From an uncultured Erysipelotrichaceae bacterium (GTDB lineage Bacteria > Bacillota_I > Bacilli_A > RF39 > UBA660), in the NCBI GenBank assembly GCA_902785135.1, contig CACZXL010000005.1:1557-65556 (forward strand): a DNA stretch of 64,000 nt. The letters are read 5' to 3'. Positions 9,615 through 19,110 of the stretch are shown here, piece by piece. The notes under the pieces are model-generated. The model was not told the DNA's origin, did no database searches, and worked only from the letters and a program-made list of their open reading frames with translations. The translations under genes were made by a program, and so were the position numbers. Each line of letters starts with the position of its first letter. Position 1 is the stretch's first letter.

Positions 9615-10325
9615 ATGACTGAAGAATTAAATAAAATTATTAATGAAAGTAATAATATAGTTTTCTTTGGAGGCGCTGGAGTTTCAACTGAAAGTGGTGT
9701 TCCTGATTTCAGATCAGTAGATGGTCTTTATAATCAAAAATATGATTATCCTCCTGAAATAATGCTTTCACATATGTTTTTCTTTTCTAAGACTAAAGAG
9801 TTTTATAAATTTTACTTTGATAAACTAGTTCATACTTCTTTATTACCTAATAATTGTCATAAAAAATTAAAGGAATTAGAAGATGCAGGTAAATTAAAAG
9901 CAATTATAACTCAAAATATAGATGGATTACACGAAAAAGCAGGATCAAAAAATGTTATACCTATCCATGGAACTATATATAGATATCATTGTGTAAAATG
10001 TAATAAAGAATATAAATTAGATGATGTATTAAATAAAGAAATACCTACTTGTACATGTTCTGGATTAATAAAACCAGATGTAGTTTTATATGGAGAACCT
10101 CTATATGAAGATTATTATGAAAAAGCAATTAAATATATTTCTGAAGCAGATACATTAATTGTCGGTGGAACATCATTAAATGTTTATCCTGCGGCCGGTC
10201 TTATTAATTGTTTTAGAGGTAAAAATCTAGTTATAATTAATAAAGAAAAACTTAATGTTAATTGTACTCTTCAAATCAATGAACCTATTGGAAAAGTATT
10301 TAGTAAAATAAAAACTAAGGATTAA
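9615..10325 (+). CDS. cobB: NAD-dependent protein deacylase, CobB/Sir2 family
   Basis: GAGVSTESGVPDFRS, QNIDGLH, Zn-ribbon CVKC..CTC, GTSLNVYPAAG. 236 aa, with no fused effector domain. Confidence 0.85.
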   Translation: MTEELNKIINESNNIVFFGGAGVSTESGVPDFRSVDGLYNQKYDYPPEIMLSHMFFFSKTKEFYKFYFDKLVHTSLLPNNCHKKLKELEDAGKLKAIITQNIDGLHEKAGSKNVIPIHGTIYRYHCVKCNKEYKLDDVLNKEIPTCTCSGLIKPDVVLYGEPLYEDYYEKAIKYISEADTLIVGGTSLNVYPAAGLINCFRGKNLVIINKEKLNVNCTLQINEPIGKVFSKIKTKD

Positions 10326-10340
10326 TCCTTAGTTTTTTAA
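10315..10340 (+). terminator. Intrinsic terminator of cobB
   Basis: ctaaggattaatccttag + tttttt, overlapping the stop codon. Confidence 0.5.
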
Positions 10341-10466
10341 ATCTGTTAATAAATCTACTTTTTGTACTTCTTTATATTTTGATTATATCATTTGAATAAT
10401 CTATTCTGAAGATTAAAATAATTATATTTACAATTAATTTTACAAAAAAAAGCAGTAACTATTTAG

Positions 10467-11081
10467 TTACTGTTTTCTTTTAAAATCTAGAACTTGTGCA
10501 GTTTTATTTTGTTTTCCCATACTACAATTATCTCTTATAGGTAAATCAATTACATGATTATTAATAACGTTTGATCTATATTCTAAATATTCGTCATCAA
10601 AACCTTGTCTATTAATTATTTCTACTATTAAGTCACATTCTTGTTCAAGTACAGGATTATCAGTGTTTTCTGCTTCTAAAGCTTTTTTAATCATTAATTT
10701 TTCTTTATATAAATTAAATCTAAGAATACTACTATATTCTTCGTCCATAGATTCTTCTTCTCTGACAAATCTTGATTCTACTATTTTTAATTCTTTTCTT
10801 TGTCTTTTTAATAATTCAGGATTATATAAAGCTTCATGTATTAAATCTCTTTCTCTTTCTTCATTGTCTTCGTCTTCAGGAGTATTAAATTGTTTTTGTA
10901 ATCCATAAAAAGCACTTAAAATACCTACTGTTGTTACTCCTATAGACACAATTGTTACAACTGGATACATTTCTTCATAGGCAAAATAATTTGCCATAAA
11001 AGTACCTGCGCCTACGGTAGAAGAAAAAAATCCTGCATTAGCTATAGCTCCATATAATTTCTTTTTACTTATTTTTCTCAT
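10467..11081 (-). CDS. Hypothetical membrane protein (2 N-terminal TM helices + acidic cytoplasmic tail)
   Basis: ORF with ATG at 11081 (MRKISKKK); TTG at 11087 in the ORF track. Hairpin + T-run terminator at 10443-10473. Confidence 0.5.
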   Translation of the reverse strand: MRKISKKKLYGAIANAGFFSSTVGAGTFMANYFAYEEMYPVVTIVSIGVTTVGILSAFYGLQKQFNTPEDEDNEERERDLIHEALYNPELLKRQRKELKIVESRFVREEESMDEEYSSILRFNLYKEKLMIKKALEAENTDNPVLEQECDLIVEIINRQGFDDEYLEYRSNVINNHVIDLPIRDNCSMGKQNKTAQVLDFKRKQ

Positions 11082-11099
11082 AACCAAACCCTTTTTCTA

Positions 11100-12923
11100 T
11101 TATTCTTTAGAGTTTCTTACTCTAGCATCATATTTTTTTCTTTCTTCAGTATTAAGAATCTTCTTTCTTAATCTAAAGTTTAATGGTGTAACTTCTACAA
11201 GTTCATCATTGTTAATATATTCTAGAGCAGTTTCAAGTGTTAATAATTTAGTTTTCTTAAGAACGACAGTATGATCTTTACCAGCAGATCTTGTATTAGT
11301 TAATTGTTTACCTTTAACAACATTTACTGCAAGATCTCCATCTCTATTAGCTTCACCAACAATCATACCTTCATATACATCTACACCAGGTTCAATAAAC
11401 ATAACTCCTCTATCTTCTAAGGCACCTAATGCATATGCAGTTGATTTACCATTTTCCATAGAAACTAATACACCTAGTTTTCTTTCACCTACTTCTGCTG
11501 TAGTCTTTGGTAAATATTCTTTAAATGTATGATTTAAAATACCATATCCTTTTGTTAAAGTCATAAAATCAGTTGTAAAACCTATAAGACCTCTACTTGG
11601 AACTGTATAATTTAATCTAACTATACCAGGAAGATTACTCATACTTTCCATAGTACCTCCTCTAGTACCTAAAGCTTCAATTATACCTCCAACTGTATCT
11701 TCTGGACATTCTATTTGAACATCTTCATATGGTTCACATTCAACACCATTAACTTCTTTTATAATAACTTCAGGTTTAGATACTTCAAGTTCAAATCCTT
11801 CTCTTCTCATATTTTCAATAAGAATAGATAAGTGAAGTTCTCCTCTACCTGAAACAATAAAGCTTTCTTGATCTTTTTGTTCTACTCTTAAACTAACATC
11901 TGATTCAGCTTGCTTACGTAATCTTTCTTCTATTTTAGAAGCAGTTACTAATTTACCTTCTTTACCTACAAATGGTGAAGAATTAGTACCAAATGTCATT
12001 TGAAGAGTTGGTTCATCAATTCTAAGTTTTGGTAATGCATCTTCTTTACCTTCTTCACAAATAGTTTCTCCTACTTCAATATCAGGTAATCCTGAGAACG
12101 CAACTACATCACCAGCGCTAGCTTCTTCTATTTCTAATTTTTTTAAACCAAAATAACCATATAATTTTTGAATTCTAAATTTCTTAATAGTACCATCTAA
12201 TCTAACACAAGATACCATTTGATTAACTTTAACTTTACCATTAGCAATTGTACCAATACCAATTCTACCAACATAATCATTATAATCTAATAATGCTGGT
12301 TGTAATTGTAAATTAGCTTCTTTATCTCCTGTTGGAGCAGGTACTTCATTAACAATTAAATCAAATAATGGTTCCATTGTTTGTTTTTGAGTACTAACAT
12401 CATCATCTAATGATGAAGTACCATTAATAGCAGATGTATAAACTACTGGGAAATCTAATTGATCTTCATCAGCTTCTAACTCTATTAATAAATCTAAAAC
12501 TTCATCTATAACTTCTTTTGGTCTTGCAGTTGGTTTATCTATTTTATTAACAACAACTATTGGTTTTAATCCAGCTTCCATAGCTTTCTTTAAAACGAAC
12601 TTTGTTTGAGGCATAACACCTTCATACGCATCAACAAGTAAAAGTACTCCATCAACCATATGCATGATTCTTTCTACTTCTCCACCAAAGTCAGCATGCC
12701 CTGGAGTATCTAAGATATTTATCTTATAATCTTTATATTTAATAGAAGTAGGTTTCGCTAAAATAGTAATACCTCTTTCTCTTTCAATATCGTTAGAATC
12801 CATTGCTCTTTCTGATACGTTTTCGTTTTCTCTAAAAGTACCAGATTGCTTTAATAATTGGTCAACAAGTGTAGTCTTCCCGTGGTCAACGTGTGCGATT
12901 ATCGCAATATTTCTTATTTCCAT
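11100..12923 (-). CDS. typA: Translational GTPase TypA/BipA
   Basis: [42 protein letters not shown]; 607 aa. Confidence 0.95.
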   Translation of the reverse strand: MEIRNIAIIAHVDHGKTTLVDQLLKQSGTFRENENVSERAMDSNDIERERGITILAKPTSIKYKDYKINILDTPGHADFGGEVERIMHMVDGVLLLVDAYEGVMPQTKFVLKKAMEAGLKPIVVVNKIDKPTARPKEVIDEVLDLLIELEADEDQLDFPVVYTSAINGTSSLDDDVSTQKQTMEPLFDLIVNEVPAPTGDKEANLQLQPALLDYNDYVGRIGIGTIANGKVKVNQMVSCVRLDGTIKKFRIQKLYGYFGLKKLEIEEASAGDVVAFSGLPDIEVGETICEEGKEDALPKLRIDEPTLQMTFGTNSSPFVGKEGKLVTASKIEERLRKQAESDVSLRVEQKDQESFIVSGRGELHLSILIENMRREGFELEVSKPEVIIKEVNGVECEPYEDVQIECPEDTVGGIIEALGTRGGTMESMSNLPGIVRLNYTVPSRGLIGFTTDFMTLTKGYGILNHTFKEYLPKTTAEVGERKLGVLVSMENGKSTAYALGALEDRGVMFIEPGVDVYEGMIVGEANRDGDLAVNVVKGKQLTNTRSAGKDHTVVLKKTKLLTLETALEYINNDELVEVTPLNFRLRKKILNTEERKKYDARVRNSKE

Positions 12924-12998
12924 ACTATCATCCCTTTTTTTTAACCTAGTGTATTATAACATAATTTATTAAAAATACAAATATTTATTAGTATTTAA

Positions 12999-13027
12999 TT
13001 TACATATATATAATAATATGGTAATAT
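12999..13027 (+). promoter_or_regulatory. Plus-strand promoter TTTACA-17-TAATAT driving a small RNA antisense to the 3' region of the 30-aa ORF transcript
   Basis: tttaca at 12999-13004, 17-nt spacer, taatat at 13022-13027. Points away from typA. Confidence 0.4.
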
Positions 13028-13033
13028 CTAATT

Positions 13034-13152
13034 AATGAAGGAAACTTCATATTAAATGGATGCACTTAATCCTGAGAAGTTAGGTGTACCTAATTGGTTA
13101 GTACACTTAATACTTCGAATAAAAGAGGTGTCAAGTGTACTGTTTTCATTTT
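13034..13152 (+). ncRNA. Candidate antitoxin-like antisense sRNA (~120 nt)
   Basis: Contains ggatgcacttaatcctgagaagttaggtgtacc (13058-13090). Ends in a 9-bp hairpin agtacactt..aagtgtact (13100-13141) plus gttttcatttt. Terminates 6 nt before the stop of the convergent 30-aa ORF. Confidence 0.4.
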
Positions 13153-13157
13153 ATAGA

Positions 13158-13250
13158 TTAATTAATGAATAAAATATATACTAATAAAAACATATTTATT
13201 AGTATTAGTAGAGTTATTATGTTAAAGAATTTTTCATCTTTTCTAGTCAT
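13158..13250 (-). CDS. 30-aa hydrophobic peptide (type I toxin-like): MTRKDEKFFNIITLLILINMFLLVYILFIN
   Basis: ATG at 13250 preceded by AGGAGG (8-nt spacing). The SD sits in a cctcc-tttaa-ggagg hairpin (anti-SD). 5' leader motif ggatgcactaatcagtgttaggtgtacc is the inverted repeat of the 3'UTR motif. A TATAAT -10 lies at 13309..13304. Confidence 0.4.
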   Translation of the reverse strand: MTRKDEKFFNIITLLILINMFLLVYILFIN

Positions 13251-13335
13251 AATACTCACCTCCTTAAAGGAGGTACACCTAACACTGATTAGTGCATCCA
13301 ATAATTATATTTGTTATTAATAGTTATAATTCCAC

Positions 13336-13365
13336 TAAAAAAATGTACTTAAGTACATTTTTTTA
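13336..13365. terminator. Bidirectional terminator (perfect palindrome atgtacttaagtacat flanked by A7/T7)
   Basis: Immediately after the stop of the 13363..14391 gene. Confidence 0.55.
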
Positions 13366-14391
13366 TATTTCTTTTTTATATAAGAAACATTCATTAGTTA
13401 TATTTCTTACCTTTTCAAAACCTAATTGTTCTAGAATAGTTACTTCTAAATCATTAACTGCGAATGAACATATTTCAGTTATATAATATCTATTTCTTCT
13501 CATAAAATTAATATATCTTTTAATAGAATTTTCTATTTTACTAATAGTATTTTTGTTATTATAAACATCATTTAATACTATGGCATTTAAATTAACATAT
13601 GCTTTTCTATTTTTAGTCCAATTTAGAATATCTTTTGATTTAAAATCATCAAAGAATTCTTCTGATTTAATCATCTTTTTATACATCTTTTCATCTAGAT
13701 TTAAAAAGTTAACATATCCTATTACTTTATTCTCATCTTTAACTAGAATATAAGAATATTTTTTCTTCTTAGTTAAATCTTCTATTTTATCTTTATCCCA
13801 TCTATAACATCTATCTAAGTTTTGTCTATCTAGTTTTTCTATAACATCTACTGTTTTCTTAGATATGAATAATGATCTAACAGTATAAATACTTGATCTA
13901 TGAAGATACTTATTATAACCTTGTATTAATATTACTAAATTCGAAACCATTACAAAGCCATCTGATATAACACCTGAAAAATCTAAGAAATATGCATCAT
14001 AAATAACCCAAAGGAAATATGATATTGCGCCACCTATAACCATAGTTTTCTTATTCTTTAATAATACATATCCATCTATTAAACTACCTACTATCGCAAT
14101 CATATCTACTAGATTAAAACCTGTATAATAAAGTATTAAGAAATAAATTGGAATGGTAAAGAAGTAAATATATTCATCTTTATCTGTTTTATAATAACCA
14201 AATGATTTAACAAGTTCAAATAAACTAATCCAAAGACCTGTCATCGCTCCTAAACAATAATAATTTACAATATATAAGATTGACGCAAGTATCTGATAAA
14301 AAATAACTTTATTTTCTCTTTTAGCATGATAACTTATTAATAATAATATCCATGCGATTAATCCACATATTTGACCTATAACATACATCAT
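13363..14391 (-). CDS. Polytopic membrane protein with C-terminal GNAT-like domain (hypothetical)
   Basis: N-terminal ~6 TM helices; C-terminal ...YYITEICSFAVNDLEVTILEQLGFEKV resembles the GNAT acetyl-CoA-binding region. Confidence 0.5.
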   Translation of the reverse strand: MMYVIGQICGLIAWILLLISYHAKRENKVIFYQILASILYIVNYYCLGAMTGLWISLFELVKSFGYYKTDKDEYIYFFTIPIYFLILYYTGFNLVDMIAIVGSLIDGYVLLKNKKTMVIGGAISYFLWVIYDAYFLDFSGVISDGFVMVSNLVILIQGYNKYLHRSSIYTVRSLFISKKTVDVIEKLDRQNLDRCYRWDKDKIEDLTKKKKYSYILVKDENKVIGYVNFLNLDEKMYKKMIKSEEFFDDFKSKDILNWTKNRKAYVNLNAIVLNDVYNNKNTISKIENSIKRYINFMRRNRYYITEICSFAVNDLEVTILEQLGFEKVRNITNECFLYKKEI

Positions 14392-14401
14392 AATTTACCT
14401 C

Positions 14402-14917
14402 TTACTTTTGAAACCTATGTAATACTTTACCAACTTTTTCAGTGATAGATTTAGAATTATTTATCGCAATTGTTTTACCATATGCTTTTCCTGTAATAGT
14501 TAATGATGCGATAATAGCTGTTGTTACTAATACTATAATAGATTTATTAATATCAAATGATTCACTTATTGTATTTGCGACTAATACTCCCGCTGATCCT
14601 GATACTACACCGCATACATCTCCTACTACGTCATTACAAATAGATGCGATTTTATCAGAGTTTTTTAATAGTCTTACTGAATTAGTACTACCTTTTATTT
14701 TTTTAGATGCCATTGAATGAAATGGTGTTTCTTCTTGCGCTGTTATTGCTACACCTATCATATCAAATATAACTGCTATAAAAATAAATAAAAGTATTAT
14801 TACTATACCTATTACTACATTTACTTTAGGTATTAATCCTTCACTTGTTATAGACATAACAATAGATAAAATAAATGATATTAATAATACTGTTAATAAC
14901 CATTTTGTTTTTTTCAT
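14402..14917 (-). CDS. Small 4-TM membrane protein with DxxxD motif (OapA-like, OLE-associated protein A candidate)
   Basis: 171 aa, four hydrophobic helices, NDVVGDVCGVVSG (DxxxD). Directly downstream of the ~590-nt ncRNA on the same strand. Confidence 0.45.
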   Translation of the reverse strand: MKKTKWLLTVLLISFILSIVMSITSEGLIPKVNVVIGIVIILLFIFIAVIFDMIGVAITAQEETPFHSMASKKIKGSTNSVRLLKNSDKIASICNDVVGDVCGVVSGSAGVLVANTISESFDINKSIIVLVTTAIIASLTITGKAYGKTIAINNSKSITEKVGKVLHRFQK

Positions 14918-14940
14918 ATTATCACCATATAAATTATAAC

Positions 14941-14967
14941 ATAAAAAAACTAGTTATAAAACTAGTT
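14941..14967 (-). terminator. Intrinsic terminator at the 3' end of the large ncRNA
   Basis: Self-complementary aactagtt-ataa-aactagtt hairpin followed on the minus strand by a T7 run. Confidence 0.5.
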
Positions 14968-15559
14968 TTACTTCATTAAAAAAATATGATTGGTACCAAT
15001 ATAATTAACTTTGCGTCATAGGTCAAGTAGGATTTCCCACAATTCAACCTTTCGTTACCTCAAGGCAGTTCCCTTTTAATGAACGTATATACCGTTACCT
15101 AAGTATACGACTTGATTACCACTTAGTACGCACTGCAATCTTATATCAGCATACAGCCTAGAAGATTTCCTCCCTGATATTTATCTATTATTAGTCTTTT
15201 TTGCAAGTACAATTTCATATAGTCAACCGTATCCCTAATTCTGGCCATGAATTAAACACACTATCTATAATCCCATAATACTCACTCAAGGCAAGCTACT
15301 CTATACAAAGGTTTCCCCTCGATATAGGTTTAATCTTAATTCGTACTTTTATCGGTAAAGCACAAGATTAAGTCTCTACGCTAAATGGGTTACACTTATA
15401 TGCCGTTATAAGCTTCCCAAATAACTATCCTTTCAGCACCCACCCGAATCTGGGCGAAACAAGCAAGCACCAAAAGTTTCACAGGTATGCTCTTTAACGA
15501 ATTTTTAGGCTCGTCTTCATAATAGATGTATCAACTAGGATACTGCACCCGTCATACAG
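14968..15559 (-). ncRNA. Large (~590 nt) structured non-coding RNA, OLE-RNA-like
   Basis: ~700 nt with no ORF >66 aa in any frame of a gene-dense genome. Visibly GC-enriched relative to neighbours. Consensus promoter TTGACT-17-TATAAT upstream and an intrinsic terminator downstream. Immediately followed by an OapA-like gene. Confidence 0.45.
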
Positions 15560-15565
15560 GAATAA

Positions 15566-15594
15566 ATTATAGCAGATTTACACCAAAAAGTCAA
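15566..15594 (-). promoter_or_regulatory. Near-consensus sigma-A promoter (TTGACT-17-TATAAT) of the large ncRNA
   Basis: Minus-strand reading of 15594..15566: ttgactttttggtgtaaatctgctataat. Confidence 0.55.
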
Positions 15595-15627
15595 ATTTTA
15601 AGGCATAAGAAAAAGTCCTATAAAGGA

Positions 15628-16404
15628 CTATTCTTCAAAACAATAATACATATTATATGTTTTAGTATTCATCATAATACCTTGTTTTTTTCCATGGTCT
15701 TTAGTAATACCAAATTCATATGTTGATCCATATGGTTCTGATTGTTTAATTCCGTTTTGATAAAATACATCACCATCTAGATTAACAGTATAATAAGAAT
15801 AATTTCCTGCGGCATTTTTCTTATATAAATCTACATATGTATAACTACCTCTAACGTAGTTTCTAGATACATCACCATATTTACCCCATAAGAATGATTT
15901 ATCATTATTTAATTCAAGTCTTACGATATAGTTTTTACTAGGACCTTGTCCACTAAAACCAGAACAATTATATTTACCTGCGACTGGATTACTAGAAAAA
16001 CCAGTTTCAATAATACTTGAGAATAATGATACTCCTAAGAATAAAAAGAATATAAATATAAATATAGATAAAACAATAGATATAATATTTAATACAATAC
16101 CAGATATTTTCTTTCCTCCATTTGCTTTATTAACTATACCTAATATTAATCCTACTATAGGAATTAATAATATAAGAACATTTAAGAATATTGATAGTAT
16201 TATAGATATAATACCAATTATCATTGACGCTGTTCCTAAACCTTCACCTTTCTTTTCAGTTACTACTTCTACTTTCTTTTCAGGTTCAGTAACTGTTTTC
16301 TTTTTAGCTACTTCTTCTTTTTTTGTTTCTTTAACTTCAGTTCCGCAGTTTGGACAGAATTTTCCTTTCCCTTTTATTTCTGCACCACAATTACTACAAT
16401 ACAT
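15628..16404 (-). CDS. Zinc-ribbon (CxxC..CxxC) membrane protein with extracellular C-terminal domain
   Basis: MYCSNCGAEIKGKGKFCPNCG, K/E-rich linker, 2-3 TM helices, C-terminal Y/G/N-rich domain. Hairpin terminator overlaps the stop codon. Confidence 0.55.
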   Translation of the reverse strand: MYCSNCGAEIKGKGKFCPNCGTEVKETKKEEVAKKKTVTEPEKKVEVVTEKKGEGLGTASMIIGIISIILSIFLNVLILLIPIVGLILGIVNKANGGKKISGIVLNIISIVLSIFIFIFFLFLGVSLFSSIIETGFSSNPVAGKYNCSGFSGQGPSKNYIVRLELNNDKSFLWGKYGDVSRNYVRGSYTYVDLYKKNAAGNYSYYTVNLDGDVFYQNGIKQSEPYGSTYEFGITKDHGKKQGIMMNTKTYNMYYCFEE

Positions 16405-16502
16405 TTTATCACCTCTATTTATATTTTATCTTTTTATGTAATAATGGTCAACATATTCTTTTTTATATTTACAAACTATGTTATAATTAAGTTGGTGATT
16501 AT

Positions 16503-17534
16503 ATGAAAAAAATAAGAGTAAATATGCTTTCTATGGCAGATTCAGTAGATGGTCAAGGTGTTGGATCTGCATATCTTGAATTAGTTAAATTACTTAAAAA
16601 TAAAGGAAAAAATGATTTTGAAATACAAATAAATGAAAATATTAAAAATTGTGATATAGTACACGCACATACTTTTGAACCAAGAAACTATTTCAAACTA
16701 AAAAAAGCAAAAGTACCTACTATATCTTACGTTCATTGTTTACCAGAACATTTTGATGGATCTATTAAACTACCTAAATTTGCTTTTGGAATATTTAAAA
16801 AGTATGTAATTAAATTCTATAAAAGTGCAGATCATTTAGTAGTTGTTAATCCTATATTTATTAAAGATATGGTAAAAGCTGGATTAGATAAAGATAAAAT
16901 AACTTATATACCTAATTTTGTTTCTAAAAAACAATTCTATAAAAAAAGTGATAAAGAAATAGAAAAAATTAGAAAAGAATATAACATAGATAAAGATAAA
17001 TTTGTTGTTTTAGGTGCTGGACAAGTACAAACTAGAAAAGGTGTTTTAGATTTTGTTAAAGTTGCTGAAGAATTACCTGATGTTGAATTTATATGGGCTG
17101 GAGGATTCTCTTTTGGAGCGATTACTGATGGTCATAAAGAATTACAAAAGGTTATGGATAATCCACCTAAGAATGTTAAATTTATAGGTATTGTTCCAAG
17201 AGAAAAAATGAATGATATATTTAATATGGCAAATCTATTATTTGTTCCTTCATATAATGAATTATTTCCTATGACTATATTAGAAGCAATGAGTACAGAT
17301 ACTCCTCTACTTCTTAGAGATTTAGAATTATATGAAGATATATTATTTAAAAAATATAATAAAGCTCATGATAATAAAGGATTTGTAAAAGAAATAGAGA
17401 AACTAAAAGAAGATAAAAAAGAATATAAAAAAGCAATTGATTTAGCTAAAGAAGTATCAAGCTTTTATAGTGAAGATAATGTATACAAAATGTGGAAAGA
17501 ATATTATTCAGGTATATTAAAAGATAATGATTAA
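16503..17534 (+). CDS. Glycosyltransferase (GT4-like)
   Basis: 343 aa, ggtga SD. GT-B type C-terminal ...FVPSYNELFPMTILEAMSTDTPLL (E-x7-E). Confidence 0.6.
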   Translation: MKKIRVNMLSMADSVDGQGVGSAYLELVKLLKNKGKNDFEIQINENIKNCDIVHAHTFEPRNYFKLKKAKVPTISYVHCLPEHFDGSIKLPKFAFGIFKKYVIKFYKSADHLVVVNPIFIKDMVKAGLDKDKITYIPNFVSKKQFYKKSDKEIEKIRKEYNIDKDKFVVLGAGQVQTRKGVLDFVKVAEELPDVEFIWAGGFSFGAITDGHKELQKVMDNPPKNVKFIGIVPREKMNDIFNMANLLFVPSYNELFPMTILEAMSTDTPLLLRDLELYEDILFKKYNKAHDNKGFVKEIEKLKEDKKEYKKAIDLAKEVSSFYSEDNVYKMWKEYYSGILKDND

Positions 17535-17537
17535 TCA

Positions 17538-18647
17538 TTATCTTTTTTTGTATACTTTTTTATATGTATTTATTTTATCAATAACATAATCTATTTTATC
17601 ATCAGGCATTCCATAGTATAGTGGTAAACTAACTTCTGTATTAGCTATTTCTTCTGCATTTTTATATGATTGATTATTAAATTCTTTATACGCTTTTTGT
17701 TTGTGTATTGGTATTGGATAGTGAATTCCAGTATCTATTCCATTTTGTTTTAAATAATTAATAAATGTTTCTCTTTCTTTCACTCTTGCTGCAAAAATAT
17801 GCCAAACATGGTAATTATCTGGGTTTACTTTAGGCAAAATAACTTCTTCATTATCGATTTCTTCTAAATATCTCTTTGCAATTTTATTTCGATAGGCATT
17901 CATTATATCTAGTTTTTTTAGTTTAACGTCCAATATAGCTGCTTGTATCTCATCTAATCTAGAATTAGTTCCTTTATAGTTATGATGATATTTTATACTT
18001 GAACCATAGTTAGCTAATTCTCTGATTCTATTTGCAACTTCTTTATCATCTGTAACAATAGCTCCACCATCTCCTAGAGCACCTAAATTCTTTCCAGGAT
18101 AAAAACTAAAAGCAGCTATATCTCCCAAAGATCCAACCTTATTATTTTTATATAAAGCCCCATGTGCTTGAGCTGCATCTTCTAAGACTATTAGATTATG
18201 TTTTTTTGCAATTTTGTTTATTTCATTCATATTACATGACTGTCCATATAGTTGTACAGCGATTATTGCTTTAGTTTTATCAGTTATTTTTTCTTCTATT
18301 TTATTTACATCTATTAGATAATAATCCATTTCTGGATCAACAAATACTGGAGTAGCTCCAGTTTTAGATATAGCCAAGGCACTTGCTATAAAAGTATGGG
18401 AACAAACAATCACTTCATCACCAATACCTATATTATTTCCTAATAAAGATAATTCAAGTGCTTCTAACCCATTACCGCAAGAAATACAATACTTTCGATT
18501 ACAATAATCTGCAAAATCTTGCTCAAAAATATTAACATTCTCTCCTGCTATAAACCAACCGTTATTATATACTTCTTCTATCTTTGGTAGTATTTCCCCT
18601 TTTAATTCTTTATGTAAAGTCTTAAGTTCTGCAAAAGGTACTTTCAT
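17538..18647 (-). CDS. DegT/DnrJ/EryC1-family PLP-dependent sugar aminotransferase (FdtB/QdtB-like)
   Basis: 369 aa; ...[23 protein letters not shown]..., a typical PLP-lysine region. Confidence 0.8.
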   Translation of the reverse strand: MKVPFAELKTLHKELKGEILPKIEEVYNNGWFIAGENVNIFEQDFADYCNRKYCISCGNGLEALELSLLGNNIGIGDEVIVCSHTFIASALAISKTGATPVFVDPEMDYYLIDVNKIEEKITDKTKAIIAVQLYGQSCNMNEINKIAKKHNLIVLEDAAQAHGALYKNNKVGSLGDIAAFSFYPGKNLGALGDGGAIVTDDKEVANRIRELANYGSSIKYHHNYKGTNSRLDEIQAAILDVKLKKLDIMNAYRNKIAKRYLEEIDNEEVILPKVNPDNYHVWHIFAARVKERETFINYLKQNGIDTGIHYPIPIHKQKAYKEFNNQSYKNAEEIANTEVSLPLYYGMPDDKIDYVIDKINTYKKVYKKR

Positions 18648-18648
18648 A

Positions 18649-19110
18649 CTATTCTTTATTCCTTCCTAACACATATTTTTTTGGAGCTTTACCATATTTT
18701 TGATTACTATAACTAATAAAGTCATCATAATCACGTATATAATCATTTTCGTCATATCTCTCAGAAGCTAAGACCAATAAAATTCCATTATCAGTAAAGT
18801 TATACATCTCTCTCCAATTATCTGGACCAACATATAAACCTACTGATGGATCATTTAAAGTATAAGTCTCATTTCCAAAATAGTTTTCTAACTTAATATC
18901 TATACTTCCATTAATACATATTAACATTTGATGTAACTTTTTGTGTGAATGTTTTCCCCTAATAATATCATTTTCAACGTCGTATATATAATATATTCTC
19001 TTTATTTCAAAAGGAATATCAACATTACACTCAATAGGTGTTAGTGTTCCAAAACCCTCTATTTGATTTGATCCAATTTGTCTAAATTTAAATAATCCAC
19101 TATTAAACAT
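18649..19110 (-). CDS. WxcM/FdtA-like cupin, dTDP-4-keto-6-deoxyhexose 3,4-isomerase
   Basis: 153 aa. Small cupin with [16 protein letters not shown]. Positioned between the aminotransferase and the GT genes, as in fdtA-fdtB-fdtC clusters. Confidence 0.6.
   Translation of the reverse strand: MFNSGLFKFRQIGSNQIEGFGTLTPIECNVDIPFEIKRIYYIYDVENDIIRGKHSHKKLHQMLICINGSIDIKLENYFGNETYTLNDPSVGLYVGPDNWREMYNFTDNGILLVLASERYDENDYIRDYDDFISYSNQKYGKAPKKYVLGRNKE

Noticed and set aside
9615-10325. Sir2 protein as a defence-associated Sir2 (e.g. Thoeris ThsA-like, DSR, pAgo-associated)
   Set aside because: It is a 236-aa stand-alone CobB-type sirtuin with an intact Zn ribbon and no fused sensor or effector domain. 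It is monocistronic with its own terminator, so it is a housekeeping deacylase.
14968-15559. Group II intron remnant, RNase P RNA, tmRNA or pseudogene as explanation of the ORF-free GC-rich region
   Set aside because: No GUGYG 5' end or domain V, no RNase P P4 motif (AGGAAAGUCC...), no tmRNA tag ORF or CCA end. The discrete consensus promoter and terminator argue for a dedicated RNA gene, not a decayed CDS.
15526-15726. 66-aa plus-strand ORF inside the ncRNA/terminator region
   Set aside because: No SD. It spans the ncRNA promoter and the terminator of the Zn-ribbon gene and has odd composition, so it is likely non-coding.
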